From: Anaerolineae bacterium
GTDB lineage: Bacteria > Chloroflexota > Anaerolineae > B4-G1 > DUEL01
Length of the DNA stretch: 37,540 nucleotides
Assembly: GCA_041082215.1 (NCBI GenBank)
Contig: JBDOIF010000070.1
Coordinates: 1-37,540, forward strand
Direction of reading: 5' to 3'
Positions 26,368-35,514 of this stretch are shown here, piece by piece. Numbering within the stretch: position 1 is the first letter of the stretch; the number at the start of each line of letters is the position of its first letter. The position numbers were made by a program, and so were the translations under genes. The notes under the pieces are model-generated. The model searched no databases. It had not been told where the DNA came from and saw only the letters and a program-made list of their open reading frames with translations.

Positions 26368-26417
26368 GTAGTGCAGGCTGTCAGCCTGTGAGAAACGGGC
26401 CTGGCGGCCCGCGCTAC
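26368..26417. repeat. Inverted pair of GTAG-type REP-like units
   Basis: GTAGTGCAGGCTGTCAGCCTG followed by CGGGCCTGGCGGCCCGCGCTAC; a related unit lies at 35272. Confidence 0.75.
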
Positions 26418-26438
26418 GTGGGCAGGTGATGACGAAAG

Positions 26439-27161
26439 ATGACAGGTGAAGAGTTGTCCGGGCGGGTGGTGGTGATCGCAGGCGCGACAGGGGGGCTGGG
26501 CTCCGCCGCGGTGCGGGAGTTCGCTCAGACAGAGGCCCGGCTGGTCCTGGTGGGCCGCTCCCCGGAGCGGCTGGGAAGGCTGGCAGAAGAGATTGAGGGG
26601 CTGGCGGAACGTGCGCTCCTTGCATCGGCCGACGTGACGCAGGAGGCCGACGTTCAGCGGATGGTGCAGGCGGCGCTCGACCGCTGGGGTCGGCTCGACG
26701 TGCTGTTGAACACTGTCGGCGGTTGGAGCGGTGGAAAGCCGGTGCAGGAGATCACCCTGGAGGAGTGGGACCGGATGATGGCGTTGAACCTCCGATCCGC
26801 TTTCCTCCTCTCCCGGGCGGTCCTTCCCCCGATGCTCAAGTCCGGCTGGGGCCGTATTGTCCACGTCGCCTCCAGGACAGCCGTCGCCCCCCGCCCCCAG
26901 CAGGCCGCCTACGCCGTCTCCAAAATGGGCCTGATCACCCTCACCGAGGCCATCGCCGCCGAGTTGAAGGGGACCGGCGTCACAGCCAACGTCATCCTCC
27001 CCAGCATCATTGACACCCCTGCCAACCGTCGCATGATGCCCAAAGCCGATCCCGCCACGTGGGCCCCGCCGGAGCAGATCGCCGCTATGATGCGCTTCCT
27101 CTGCACCGATGCGGCTGCCTCCATCAACGGGGCCCGCATTCCCATCTATGGAGCGGTCTGA
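26439..27161 (+). CDS. SDR family NAD(P)-dependent oxidoreductase
   Basis: GATGGLG and YAVSK motifs. Confidence 0.93.
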   Translation: MTGEELSGRVVVIAGATGGLGSAAVREFAQTEARLVLVGRSPERLGRLAEEIEGLAERALLASADVTQEADVQRMVQAALDRWGRLDVLLNTVGGWSGGKPVQEITLEEWDRMMALNLRSAFLLSRAVLPPMLKSGWGRIVHVASRTAVAPRPQQAAYAVSKMGLITLTEAIAAELKGTGVTANVILPSIIDTPANRRMMPKADPATWAPPEQIAAMMRFLCTDAAASINGARIPIYGAV

Positions 27162-27189
27162 ACGTGTTGCGCGTTGCGTATTCCGTGAA
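27162..27189 (+). repeat. Four 7-nt units (NCGTRTT-like)
   Basis: acgtgtt gcgcgtt gcgtatt ccgtgaa; reverse-complement family of AATACGC. Confidence 0.7.
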
Positions 27190-27202
27190 GGAGGGAGATG
27201 CG

Positions 27203-27397
27203 ATGTCCGAAGAAACCCAGACCTGGTGGAAGTGTTCCAACTGTGGCTACACACTGCAGGCCCCTGCCCCGCCCGAGCAATGCCCGAGTTGCAAAGAAAA
27301 GTGTGCTTTCATTGACGTCACCTGCTACACCCCCGAGTGCGGCGGACCGGGCAATATTGACCCCCAGATTGGCCAGCGTTCATTAGGAGGGCGATGA
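27203..27397 (+). CDS. Small rubredoxin-like protein with extra Cys motifs
   Basis: [13 protein letters not shown]...[16 protein letters not shown]; 64 aa. Confidence 0.82.
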   Translation: MSEETQTWWKCSNCGYTLQAPAPPEQCPSCKEKCAFIDVTCYTPECGGPGNIDPQIGQRSLGGR

Positions 27398-28023
27398 TGG
27401 CGCTGATCGAGTTCACGCGCAACTACAACGACCTCAGTACGGAACGGGGCTTTCAGTTTGAATTCTTCTGCGACCGGTGCGGCAACGGCTACCGCACCCG
27501 CTTCCAGCCGCTGGCGACGGGGGCGATCTCTGAGGCGCTGGATGCGGCGAGCGGCATCCTGGGCGGCATCTTCGGGCGGGCGGCGGAGGTCGCCGAGACG
27601 GTCCATTCGGCCGCCTGGGAGAAGGCCCACGACGCCGCCTTTGCCCGCGCCGTGGAGGAGGCCAAACCTCATTTCTACAAGTGCCGCCGTTGCGGCCAGT
27701 GGGTAGACGACGACTGCTGGAACGTCCAGCGGGGCCTGTGCAAAAACTGTGCCCCCGCGCTGGAGGAGGAGCTGGCCGCCATTCAGGTCGAAGCTACCCT
27801 GGCCGATGCCCGCGAGAAGGCGGGGACGGTGGAGTATGTGGACGCCGCCCGGTTCAAGGAAACCATCACCGTCACCTGCCCCCACTGCGGTGCGGCGGTC
27901 CCCGGCGGCAAATTCTGCGCTGAGTGTGGGAAGCCCCTGCAAGTGGAAGGCCAGTGCCCCAACTGCGGGGCAAAAGTCCCGGCTGGCGCCAGGTTCTGCC
28001 CCGAATGCGGGGCAAAACAGTGA
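27394..28023 (+). CDS. Double zinc ribbon protein
   Basis: Multiple CxxC pairs, including C-terminal CPHC, CAEC, CPNC and CPEC. Confidence 0.88.
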   Translation: MMALIEFTRNYNDLSTERGFQFEFFCDRCGNGYRTRFQPLATGAISEALDAASGILGGIFGRAAEVAETVHSAAWEKAHDAAFARAVEEAKPHFYKCRRCGQWVDDDCWNVQRGLCKNCAPALEEELAAIQVEATLADAREKAGTVEYVDAARFKETITVTCPHCGAAVPGGKFCAECGKPLQVEGQCPNCGAKVPAGARFCPECGAKQ

Positions 28024-28069
28024 AAACACCATTAACCACCTGACACCTTTGTCGGAGCCCAGGATTCTT

Positions 28070-28196
28070 ATCGCGAATGGCGCGAACAGACCGAATCTCA
28101 CGAATATTTGCGGGCAGTTCTGGTCCTATTTGGGCCTGTTTCGCACAATTCGTCCATTTGCCTGATTCGTGGGATTCGTGATCTATAAAACTGTCC
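28070..28196. repeat. Inverted 9-nt arrays (CGAAT ... ATTCG)
   Basis: cgcgaatgg cgcgaacag accgaatct cacgaatat, followed by attcgt/atttg units. 28165-28196 matches 31680-31711 at 28/32 nt. Confidence 0.8.
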
Positions 28197-28237
28197 GGTG
28201 GCTGAAAACACCACAGAGTTTAAATGGGGAGGTTGAT

Positions 28238-28525
28238 ATGGAAGCGAAGGGAAGCGTTCCCGGTTCGCAGGACAAGCACCATGTGATGTTCTATGGCCTC
28301 TCCACGTGCGTCTGGTGCAGGCGCACCCGGCAATTTCTGGAGGACCAGGGAGTGGCTTTCAACTTTGTCTATGTGGACCTGATCCGGGGCAAGGAGCAGG
28401 AGGAGGCGCTGGCTCAGGTGGGGCGGTGGAACCCCGCCACCTCGTTCCCCACCCTCGTCATAGATGGGGAGCGGGCGGTGATCGGCTACCGGCCGGAAGA
28501 GATCAAGGAGGCGCTGGGCTTATGA
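28238..28525 (+). CDS. Glutaredoxin family protein
   Basis: LSTCVWC and SFPT motifs. ATG at 28238 with GGAGG RBS. Confidence 0.9.
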   Translation: MEAKGSVPGSQDKHHVMFYGLSTCVWCRRTRQFLEDQGVAFNFVYVDLIRGKEQEEALAQVGRWNPATSFPTLVIDGERAVIGYRPEEIKEALGL

Positions 28526-29037
28526 GCGGAGAGGTCATCGTATCGCCGGAGGAAATAGACGCCCTCTACGAGCGGCTCCATCAGGAAGCGGAGGCCTCCG
28601 GTTACCATCTTAACCCCGACCGGGAGTTCACACGGGAGCTGGTGGAGGGGCTGCTGGTCAACGAGAGGCGGTACGGCTACTGGGCATGCCCCTGCCGCCT
28701 GGCGACAGGGGATAGGCAGAAGGACCTGGACATCATCTGCCCCTGCGACTATCGGGACGCCGACCTGACTGAATGGGGGGCCTGCTACTGCGCCCTGTAT
28801 GTGTCCGACGAAGTCCTGCAGGGGAAACGGGAGGTCCAGCCGGTGCCGGAGCGCCGCCCTCCAGAGGGTCAGCGGCCCCAGGACCGGCCCGCCCGCGCTC
28901 CGGCCCGTCCGGGCGCTGAACCACCCCTCCCGGTCTGGCGCTGCCGCGTCTGCGGCTACCTCTGCGCCAGGGAGCAGCCGCCTGGCGTTTGTCCCATCTG
29001 TAAAGCAAAGCGAGACCGGTTCGAGCGGTTCTGGTAG
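28522..29037 (+). CDS. Ferredoxin:thioredoxin/glutaredoxin reductase catalytic subunit with C-terminal rubredoxin domain
   Basis: CPC, CPC and CYC motifs, then [12 protein letters not shown]. Confidence 0.92.
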   Translation: MSGEVIVSPEEIDALYERLHQEAEASGYHLNPDREFTRELVEGLLVNERRYGYWACPCRLATGDRQKDLDIICPCDYRDADLTEWGACYCALYVSDEVLQGKREVQPVPERRPPEGQRPQDRPARAPARPGAEPPLPVWRCRVCGYLCAREQPPGVCPICKAKRDRFERFW

Positions 29038-29116
29038 ATAAACGCTGGGTTTTTCCTGCCGAACTCGGTGTCTCTGTGTCCTTGCGATAAGGAATTAACG
29101 AAAGGAGGAAAATCTG

Positions 29117-29332
29117 ATGAAGCCGAACGAAGGACCTGTGGATCGCATCATTCGCGCCGTTCTGGGCGCAGTCCTGCTGATCGTTGGCCTTTGGCCTCTG
29201 GGAGGGGTCCAGGGCGCCGCAGGGGGGATCGTCGCCGCCGTGATCGGGGCGATCCTGCTCTTCACCGCCATCACTGGTTTCTGCCTGATCTACCGGCTGC
29301 TGGGTATTTCCACCTTGAGAGGAGGAAATTGA
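29117..29332 (+). CDS. DUF2892/YgaP-like membrane protein
   Basis: NEG.VDRIIR and GFCLIYRLLGIST motifs. Confidence 0.9.
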   Translation: MKPNEGPVDRIIRAVLGAVLLIVGLWPLGGVQGAAGGIVAAVIGAILLFTAITGFCLIYRLLGISTLRGGN

Positions 29333-29499
29333 TCGGGCCTTAAGCGCCCTGCGGAAGCAGGGAGCGGAGAGATTTATTCTTCTCTACGGTGACTGCTCAG
29401 GCAATCCCTTAAGCCATATCGGTGAAGGCCAACCCCCAGCCGCAGGACTGCAGAGGTGACTTTCGGTCACCGCCTGAGGAATTGCGAAAGGAGGGCGAA

Positions 29500-29961
29500 A
29501 TGTATCAACGGATTCTGGTGCCGCTGGATGTGGAGGGCGGGCCGGATGCCCACCTCCGCCACGTCGAGGCCCTGGCGAGCCGCATCGGGGCCGAGGTGGT
29601 CCTCCTGCGGGTCGTCCCGGTCGTCGCCTCCGACGAATACTTCTTCCAGGCAGTCCAGGTGGAGGAGGGCTCCAGCGGTGCCCGACGCAGGGAGGAGGCC
29701 GAGGCGTACCTGGGCCGCCTGGCGGAACGGCTGCGCGGCAAAGGGGTGGCCGTGCAGACGAAGGTGCTGATCACCCCGAAGGCAGAGGACGAAGCGATCG
29801 TCGAGTTCGCCGGGGAGCAGGGCTGCGACCTGATCGCCCTGCCCAACGAGCGGCGGTCGCTGGTCAGCCGCTGGATTCAGGGCAACGTCCCTGCCCGCGT
29901 GCAACGCCGCTCCCCGGTCCCCATCCTGCTGGTCCGGGCCACTCAGGGAGGTGAAGCATGA
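29500..29961 (+). CDS. Universal stress protein
   Basis: MYQRILVPLD, DLIA and SPVPILLVR motifs. Confidence 0.9.
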   Translation: MYQRILVPLDVEGGPDAHLRHVEALASRIGAEVVLLRVVPVVASDEYFFQAVQVEEGSSGARRREEAEAYLGRLAERLRGKGVAVQTKVLITPKAEDEAIVEFAGEQGCDLIALPNERRSLVSRWIQGNVPARVQRRSPVPILLVRATQGGEA

Positions 29962-30398
29962 AACACGAGGAGATCATCGCTGCGCTGAACCATCATCTGC
30001 GTGCGGAGCTGAGCGCGGTGGAGATCTACGCTGCCCATGCCGGAGCGATCGCCGAGGACGCCATCGCCCAGGGGGTGCGGGCCATCCTCGCCGTCGAGCA
30101 ACGACACGCCCGCGACCTGACAGGCCGGATCCGGGAGCTGGGCGGCACCCCTGCCCAGCCCGGAGGGGTGGAAACGGTGGCAGGGCGCGTGGTGGCCGCC
30201 GCCAGCCAGCAGACGACAACGGCGGAAATGCTGCGGATCGAACTGGCTGAGGAACAGCAGGCCATCAAAGACTACGCCGCCCACCTGGCCGATCTGGTGC
30301 TCGATGAGGAGACCCACGATCTCCTGGAGCAAAACCTGAACGACGAGATCCAGCACGCCCGCTGGCTGAAGGGCCAGATCGCGGCGCTGGGAGGATGA
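29958..30398 (+). CDS. Ferritin-like domain protein
   Basis: Two ExxH motifs (EQRH, EIQH) with preceding helical Glu and Tyr residues. Confidence 0.88.
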   Translation: MKHEEIIAALNHHLRAELSAVEIYAAHAGAIAEDAIAQGVRAILAVEQRHARDLTGRIRELGGTPAQPGGVETVAGRVVAAASQQTTTAEMLRIELAEEQQAIKDYAAHLADLVLDEETHDLLEQNLNDEIQHARWLKGQIAALGG

Positions 30399-30411
30399 AG
30401 GAGGATAAGAT

Positions 30412-30960
30412 ATGGATTGGAATACACCCCAGGGGATTCTGCGCCGTGGCATGAGCCTGGAGCGGGACGGCTACCGCTTCTACACCCAGGCGGCAGAGCG
30501 GGCCTCCGGTGAGCGCGGCAGGCGCATGTTTCTGGACCTGGCCGCCCAGGAGGCGGACCACCTCCGGCTGCTCCTGGCGGAGTACCGGGCACTGGAGGAG
30601 GGGCGGGGGTGGCTCCCCTACAAAGAGGCGATGAAGGCCGACTTCCCACTCGATCCGGCCGACCCGGACCTGCCAGGGGAGGAGCCACCGGAGCCGATGC
30701 CCGTCTTCACCCCCGACCGGCAGGTCTCCCTGGAGGGAGACATCGCGGCCCTGGAGTTCGGGCTGGAGACGGAGCGCATCTCGCGGGAACTGTACGCCCA
30801 GGGGGCGAAGACGACAGACGACCCCCACGCCCGCCAGGCATACGAGTTCCTCACCCGTCAGGAAGAGGCGCACTTCCAACTGCTGCACAGCACCCACGAA
30901 TACCTCACCCGGAACCAGACCTGGTGGGATAGCGAAGAGCTGCCCTTCTTTACCGGTTGA
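30412..30960 (+). CDS. Rubrerythrin/ferritin family protein
   Basis: E..G..FY, QEADH and QEEAH motifs. Confidence 0.88.
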   Translation: MDWNTPQGILRRGMSLERDGYRFYTQAAERASGERGRRMFLDLAAQEADHLRLLLAEYRALEEGRGWLPYKEAMKADFPLDPADPDLPGEEPPEPMPVFTPDRQVSLEGDIAALEFGLETERISRELYAQGAKTTDDPHARQAYEFLTRQEEAHFQLLHSTHEYLTRNQTWWDSEELPFFTG

Positions 30961-30991
30961 GCAGGCAACAATTAGCAATAAGGAGGCAGAA

Positions 30992-31183
30992 ATGGACTGG
31001 TTAGGCTTCTTGAAGGTGATGATGCTGGAAGAGCAGGCCGCGCGGGATAAGTACCAGTTGGCCCTGGACCTGGCCGAGGACCCCGAGGTGAAAAAGGTGT
31101 TCGAAAAGCTCCGGGACGAGGAGGCTTTCCACGTAGACTTCCTGCAGGAAGAATACGAGCGGCTCAAAAAGGCCCTGGGATAG
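30992..31183 (+). CDS. 63-aa half-ferritin (two-helix) protein
   Basis: EE.A..KY and DEEAFH motifs; AAGGAGG RBS. Confidence 0.82.
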   Translation: MDWLGFLKVMMLEEQAARDKYQLALDLAEDPEVKKVFEKLRDEEAFHVDFLQEEYERLKKALG

Positions 31184-31189
31184 CACTGC

Positions 31190-31233
31190 AGGTGCGACGC
31201 CTTTTGTCAGGGGAGTGCGTCGCACCTTTTTTT
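31190..31233 (+). terminator. Intrinsic terminator
   Basis: AGGTGCGACGC/GCGTCGCACCT stem followed by a T-run. Confidence 0.75.
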
Positions 31234-31247
31234 AAAGGAGTAAGCTG

Positions 31248-31646
31248 ATGAATCTGGAGACGGTGAAATCCATCGCAACGACCATCGTCCTCCTGCTGGC
31301 TTTCCTGCAGGCGCTGGGGATGGCGCAGGTGCAGGGGGCTTTCCGCCTGCTGCCCATCGAGAAGCAGACGCTGCGCCGGCTTCACCGGGGCGGGGGGATC
31401 ACGGTGCTGCTCCTGATGGCCCTCGTGGCGGCGGCCTGTGTGTTCGGGGAGGGGCCTCGCCTGCACCCCCTGCGGGTTGGAGTCCATGCCGCCGCAGGCT
31501 CGCTGGCGATGGCCGTCCTTCTGGCCAAGATCGTCATCACCCACCGCGCCCGCCGTCTCCTGCGCTTCAACAAGGCCCTGGGAGGTGTGGCGGGAACGCT
31601 GATCCTGATCGCATTCATTGCCAGTGTGGTATGGTACTACCTTTAA
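31248..31646 (+). CDS. Four-TM membrane protein with His residues (DUF6529/cytochrome b-like)
   Basis: Four hydrophobic helices with LHR.GG and VH...G....LLAK motifs. Confidence 0.7.
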   Translation: MNLETVKSIATTIVLLLAFLQALGMAQVQGAFRLLPIEKQTLRRLHRGGGITVLLLMALVAAACVFGEGPRLHPLRVGVHAAAGSLAMAVLLAKIVITHRARRLLRFNKALGGVAGTLILIAFIASVVWYYL

Positions 31647-31661
31647 GGCCGATTGCCCTCT

Positions 31662-31711
31662 CATTCACGGCATTCGGCTATTCGTGGGATTCGCGATCTG
31701 CAAAATTGTCC
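31662..31711 (-). repeat. 9-nt array, same family as 20849 and 28165
   Basis: Reverse complement gatcgcgaatcccacgaatagccgaatgccgtgaat aligns with 20849-20885. Confidence 0.8.
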
Positions 31712-31743
31712 TTCCCGCTGGGGACATAGGAGAAATGTGAAAG

Positions 31744-32082
31744 ATGGAGCCATATACAAAGCCCCTGATCGCGCTCATCGCGCTGATGCTGTTGACAGTG
31801 TCGCTTCTGGCCGCCTGCGGCGGTGGGGCAGGGCCGGCAACGACCGCCCCCGCCACGGAGCAACAACCCGCCCCCCAGGGGCAACCTGCCACCCTGGACG
31901 GCGAGTCGCTGGTAGCGGAGCGGTGCTCCACCTGCCACAGCCTGTCGCGGATCCAGCAGGCCTCCAAGACCGGGGCAGAGTGGCAGGCGACGGTGGCCCG
32001 GATGGTCGGTAAAGGGGCCAGATTGAGCGCAGAGGAACAGGCAGCAGTGATCCAGTACCTGGCGGAGACCTATGGGCCGTAG
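31744..32082 (+). CDS. Monoheme c-type cytochrome lipoprotein
   Basis: Lipobox LLAAC, CSTCH heme motif, W..TV.RM axial Met region. Confidence 0.88.
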   Translation: MEPYTKPLIALIALMLLTVSLLAACGGGAGPATTAPATEQQPAPQGQPATLDGESLVAERCSTCHSLSRIQQASKTGAEWQATVARMVGKGARLSAEEQAAVIQYLAETYGP

Positions 32083-32117
32083 CACTCTTAACATAAATTG
32101 CCTTTCAGGAGGCCAAA

Positions 32118-32576
32118 ATGAAAGAGGGAGATAAGGCGCCTGATTTCACGCTGAAAGATCAGAACGATCAGGAGGTATCGCTGAGCGCCCTGCGCGGGAA
32201 GAGGGTGGTGCTCTCTTTCCACCCTCTGGCGTGGACCGGTGTCTGCAAGACACAGATGCAGGATTTGGAAAAACACAGGGGGGACTTCGAGCGATTGGGC
32301 GCGGTGGCCCTGGGGTTGAGTGTGGATAGCGTCCCGAGCAAAAAGGCCTGGGCCGAGGCGATCGGGGTGCAGGAGACCCCCCTTCTGGCCGATTTCTGGC
32401 CCCACGGCGGCGTGGCGCAGGCATATGGCATCTTCCGGGAGAAGAACGGCTTCAGTGAGCGTGCCGTTTTCATCGTGGACCAGGAAGGGATCATCCGCTT
32501 CCGAAAGGTCTATCCGATCCGGGAAGTGCCGGATATCGGCGAGATTCTGACCGTACTGGAAGGGATGCAGACATGA
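32118..32576 (+). CDS. Peroxiredoxin (AhpE/redoxin-like)
   Basis: PLAWTGVC, LLADFWPHG and ERA motifs. Confidence 0.92.
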   Translation: MKEGDKAPDFTLKDQNDQEVSLSALRGKRVVLSFHPLAWTGVCKTQMQDLEKHRGDFERLGAVALGLSVDSVPSKKAWAEAIGVQETPLLADFWPHGGVAQAYGIFREKNGFSERAVFIVDQEGIIRFRKVYPIREVPDIGEILTVLEGMQT

Positions 32577-34315
32577 AAGAGAGCCTCACCATTTGCATCG
32601 GCGGCGAAGCAGGGATGGGGCTGGAGTCGAGCGGGGCGGGGTTCGCCAAAGCGCTGACGCGGGGTGGTCTCTACGTCTTCGGTCTCCCCGACTACCACTC
32701 CCGCATCCGGGGCGGCCACAACTTCTTCTCCGTGCGCATCGCCCACCACCCCCTCTATTCCCACGCCGAGCCGGTCCACATCCTCCTGGCGCTGGATGTG
32801 GAGACAGTGCGGCGGCACATAGGAAGCGTGGTCCCTGGCGGAGCCGTGGTCTACGATGCGAAAGACGAACTGCCCGAAGAACTCCACCGGCCGGGCGTCA
32901 ACTTCTGCCCGATCCCCCTCTCCGCCCTGGCCGAGGAGAGGGGGGGACGGGCGGTGATGCGCAACACGCTCGCCTTCGCCCTCGCCGCCGGACTCATCGG
33001 CTTCGACCCCGCCTATATCGAGAGCGTGGTCCGGGACAACTTCGCCCGCAAGGGAGAGGCGGTGGTGGACGCCAATCTGCGGGTGGTGGAGGCGGGGGTT
33101 CAGGCTGGCTGCGCGTTCCAGACCGATTTCCCCTTCCGTATGGAGGCGGTACCGGAGGCTCCCCGCCGCCTCCTCCTCAACGGCAACGACGCATTCGCCA
33201 TGGGGGCGCTGGCGGGGGGTTGCCGGTTCGTCGCAGCCTATCCTATGACCCCTGGCTCGCCCGTCCTCCAGTGGTTCGCTGCCCGCGCCGGAGAATACGG
33301 TGCGGTGACCAAGCACGCCGAGGATGAGATCGCCGCCGTCAATATGGCGATCGGCGCGGCCTACGTGGGCGCCCGCGCGCTGGTCCCCACCTCCGGCGGC
33401 GGATTCTCCCTGATGGTCGAGGCGCTGGGGCTGGCCGGCATGACGGAGGTCCCTGTGGTCATCTACGAAGCCCAGCGGCCTGGCCCCTCCACCGGCCTGC
33501 CCACCCGCACCGAGCAGGGCGACCTCCTGTTCGTCACTTATGCCTCTCAGGGGGAATTCCCCCGCTTCGTCCTCGCCCCCGGCACGGTGGAGGAGTCCTT
33601 CCGCATCGGCTGGCAGGCCTTCAACCTGGCGGAGCGGTACCAGACCCCGGCCATCGTCCTCAGCGACCACTACCTGGCCGTGGCCTATCGGACAATCGAG
33701 GCGGACGCCCTGAACTTCGACGAAGTGACCATTGACCGGGGGAGCCTGATGGGCCGGGAGGAGCTGGACGCCCTCCAGGAACCCTACCGCCGCTTCCGCG
33801 TCACCGAGACGGGCGTCTCCCCCCGCGCTGTGCCCGGTCACCCCAACGCCGTCTGGAGCACCACCTCCGACGAGCACGACGAGTATGGCGCCATCAACGA
33901 GGAGGCGGACAACCGCAACGCCCAGGTGGAAAAGCGACTGCGAAAACTGGAGGGGATGGCGCGGGAGGTCCCCGGGCCATCCTGGTACGGCCCCGAAGAG
34001 GCGGAGGTGACCCTTCTCTGCTGGGGCTCCAGCTACGGCCCGGTGCGGGAGGCGGTGGACCGGCTGAACGGAGAGCGGACCGGCCGGGCCAACATGCTCC
34101 ACTTCAGCGCCCTCTACCCCCTCCCCCTGGAGGCGACGAAAGCGGCCCTGGGACGGACAAAGCGCACGGTCGTGGTGGAGGGAAACGCCACCGGTCAGTT
34201 CGAGACCCTTCTACGGGCCTACACCGGCTGGTCGCCCGACGGTGCGGTCCACCGCTACGACGGTCGGGCCTTCACCCCCGAATACATCCTCCGCCGCCTG
34301 CCGTTTGCCGTTTGA
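32573..34315 (+). CDS. korA: 2-oxoacid:acceptor oxidoreductase alpha subunit (gamma-alpha fusion)
   Basis: GGEAGMG, YHSRIRGG, YPMTP, EDE and QRPGPSTGLPT motifs. Confidence 0.92.
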   Translation: MKESLTICIGGEAGMGLESSGAGFAKALTRGGLYVFGLPDYHSRIRGGHNFFSVRIAHHPLYSHAEPVHILLALDVETVRRHIGSVVPGGAVVYDAKDELPEELHRPGVNFCPIPLSALAEERGGRAVMRNTLAFALAAGLIGFDPAYIESVVRDNFARKGEAVVDANLRVVEAGVQAGCAFQTDFPFRMEAVPEAPRRLLLNGNDAFAMGALAGGCRFVAAYPMTPGSPVLQWFAARAGEYGAVTKHAEDEIAAVNMAIGAAYVGARALVPTSGGGFSLMVEALGLAGMTEVPVVIYEAQRPGPSTGLPTRTEQGDLLFVTYASQGEFPRFVLAPGTVEESFRIGWQAFNLAERYQTPAIVLSDHYLAVAYRTIEADALNFDEVTIDRGSLMGREELDALQEPYRRFRVTETGVSPRAVPGHPNAVWSTTSDEHDEYGAINEEADNRNAQVEKRLRKLEGMAREVPGPSWYGPEEAEVTLLCWGSSYGPVREAVDRLNGERTGRANMLHFSALYPLPLEATKAALGRTKRTVVVEGNATGQFETLLRAYTGWSPDGAVHRYDGRAFTPEYILRRLPFAV

Positions 34316-34333
34316 CGCCCGACGTTTGACGTT
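34299..34333 (+). repeat. Five 7-nt units (TGMCGTT) spanning the korA stop
   Basis: tgccgtt tgccgtt tgacgcc cgacgtt tgacgtt. Confidence 0.8.
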
Positions 34334-34355
34334 TCGGATCAAAGGAGCGAAGCCT

Positions 34356-35228
34356 ATGCTCACTCGAAAAGACTTTGCGGGGAGGGAACGCCCCACCTGG
34401 TGCACGGGGTGTGGCAACTTTGGCATCCTCAATGCGATTACTTTAGCTCTGGTCGAGCGACAGATCGCTCCCCACGAGATCGCGATCATCACCGGCATCG
34501 GCTGTGGCAGCAAGCTGCCCCACTACATGAAGGTCAACGGCTTCCACACCCTCCACGGCCGACCGCTGGCGGTGGCCACCGGAGCGCGGCTTGCCAACCA
34601 CGGCCTGCGGGTGATGGTCGTCCACGGCGACGGCGACGGGTACGGAGAGGGGCTGAGCCACTTCCTCCACACCGCCCGTCGTAATCTGAACATTGTGGAC
34701 CTGGTGCAGGACAACCGCGTCTATGGCCTGACGCGGGGGCAGTACTCCCCCACCAGCGAATCAGGGAAGCGCACGCCGACGTCGCCGGAGGGCTCCATTG
34801 ACCGGCCCGTCAACCCGCTGGCGCTGGCCATCAGCGCTGGCGCCACCTTTGTCGCCCGGGGCTATTCGGGGGAGCTTCAGCACCTGGCCTGGCTCATCGG
34901 CGAGGCGCTGGATCATCCCGGCTATGCCCTGCTGGATGTCCTCCAGCCCTGCGTGACCTTCAACCGCTCCTATGCCTACGAGTACTACAACGAGCGCGTC
35001 TATAAACTGGAGGAGGAACCGGGATACGATCCTGCAGACCGGACCGCCGCCTGGGAGAAGGCATGGGAGTGGGGAGAGCGGATACCGATCGGCATCTTCT
35101 ACCGGGGGGAGCCGATCCCCACCTATGAAGAACAGGTGCCCGCTCTGCGGGCCGGCCCGCTGGTGGAGCGGCCGCTGGAGCGGCTGCGGGCGGAGCAGGT
35201 GGAGTCGCTGCTGGCGGAGATTGCCTGA
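34356..35228 (+). CDS. korB: 2-oxoacid:ferredoxin oxidoreductase beta subunit
   Basis: WCTGCG, GIGC, HGR, GDGD, YGLTRGQ and QPCVTFN motifs. ATG at 34356. Confidence 0.92.
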   Translation: MLTRKDFAGRERPTWCTGCGNFGILNAITLALVERQIAPHEIAIITGIGCGSKLPHYMKVNGFHTLHGRPLAVATGARLANHGLRVMVVHGDGDGYGEGLSHFLHTARRNLNIVDLVQDNRVYGLTRGQYSPTSESGKRTPTSPEGSIDRPVNPLALAISAGATFVARGYSGELQHLAWLIGEALDHPGYALLDVLQPCVTFNRSYAYEYYNERVYKLEEEPGYDPADRTAAWEKAWEWGERIPIGIFYRGEPIPTYEEQVPALRAGPLVERPLERLRAEQVESLLAEIA

Positions 35229-35271
35229 ACGGAGAAGTTGAGCTCTGACGGGGTTGCTGTATAATCCTCAG

Positions 35272-35295
35272 GTAGTGCAGGCCGCCAGGCCTGTT
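35272..35295 (+). repeat. Single GTAG REP-like unit
   Basis: GTAGTGCAGGCCGCCAGGCCTGTT versus reverse complement of 26394-26417, GTAGCGCGGGCCGCCAGGCCCGTT (21/24 nt). Confidence 0.75.
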
Positions 35296-35514
35296 GTTCG
35301 CAGGCTGAGTGCGGTCTAACAAATTCACCCGACCATAGCCCTTGACTCCAGGCGAAATCATCCCTCATCCCCCCTTGCTCGAAGGAGGGAAGAAGAAGGG
35401 GGAGGGGCGAGCCCTGAGACCCAGAAGCAGATTGCCGGAGTAATTTGTCAGGTTACAAATAACCTGCGCTGCGTATGATGAGAAAGTACCTGGCGGCGAG
35501 AGCATTGGCGAGCA

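Noticed and set aside
27203..32576. Selenoproteins among the redox genes
   Set aside because: Catalytic positions in Grx, FTR, Prx and the rubredoxin-like protein are ordinary Cys codons; no in-frame TGA read-through is needed.
32510..34102. 530-aa minus-strand ORF, and similar long antisense ORFs at 14463-15881, 15894-17159, 22051-23499, 23567-24931 and 11956-13293
   Set aside because: High-GC shadow frames opposite well-supported genes, with no recognisable motifs.
35266..35360. tRNA or other integration-site RNA before the R-M gene
   Set aside because: No T-loop GTTCRA cloverleaf or CCA end; the start is explained by a REP-like unit.
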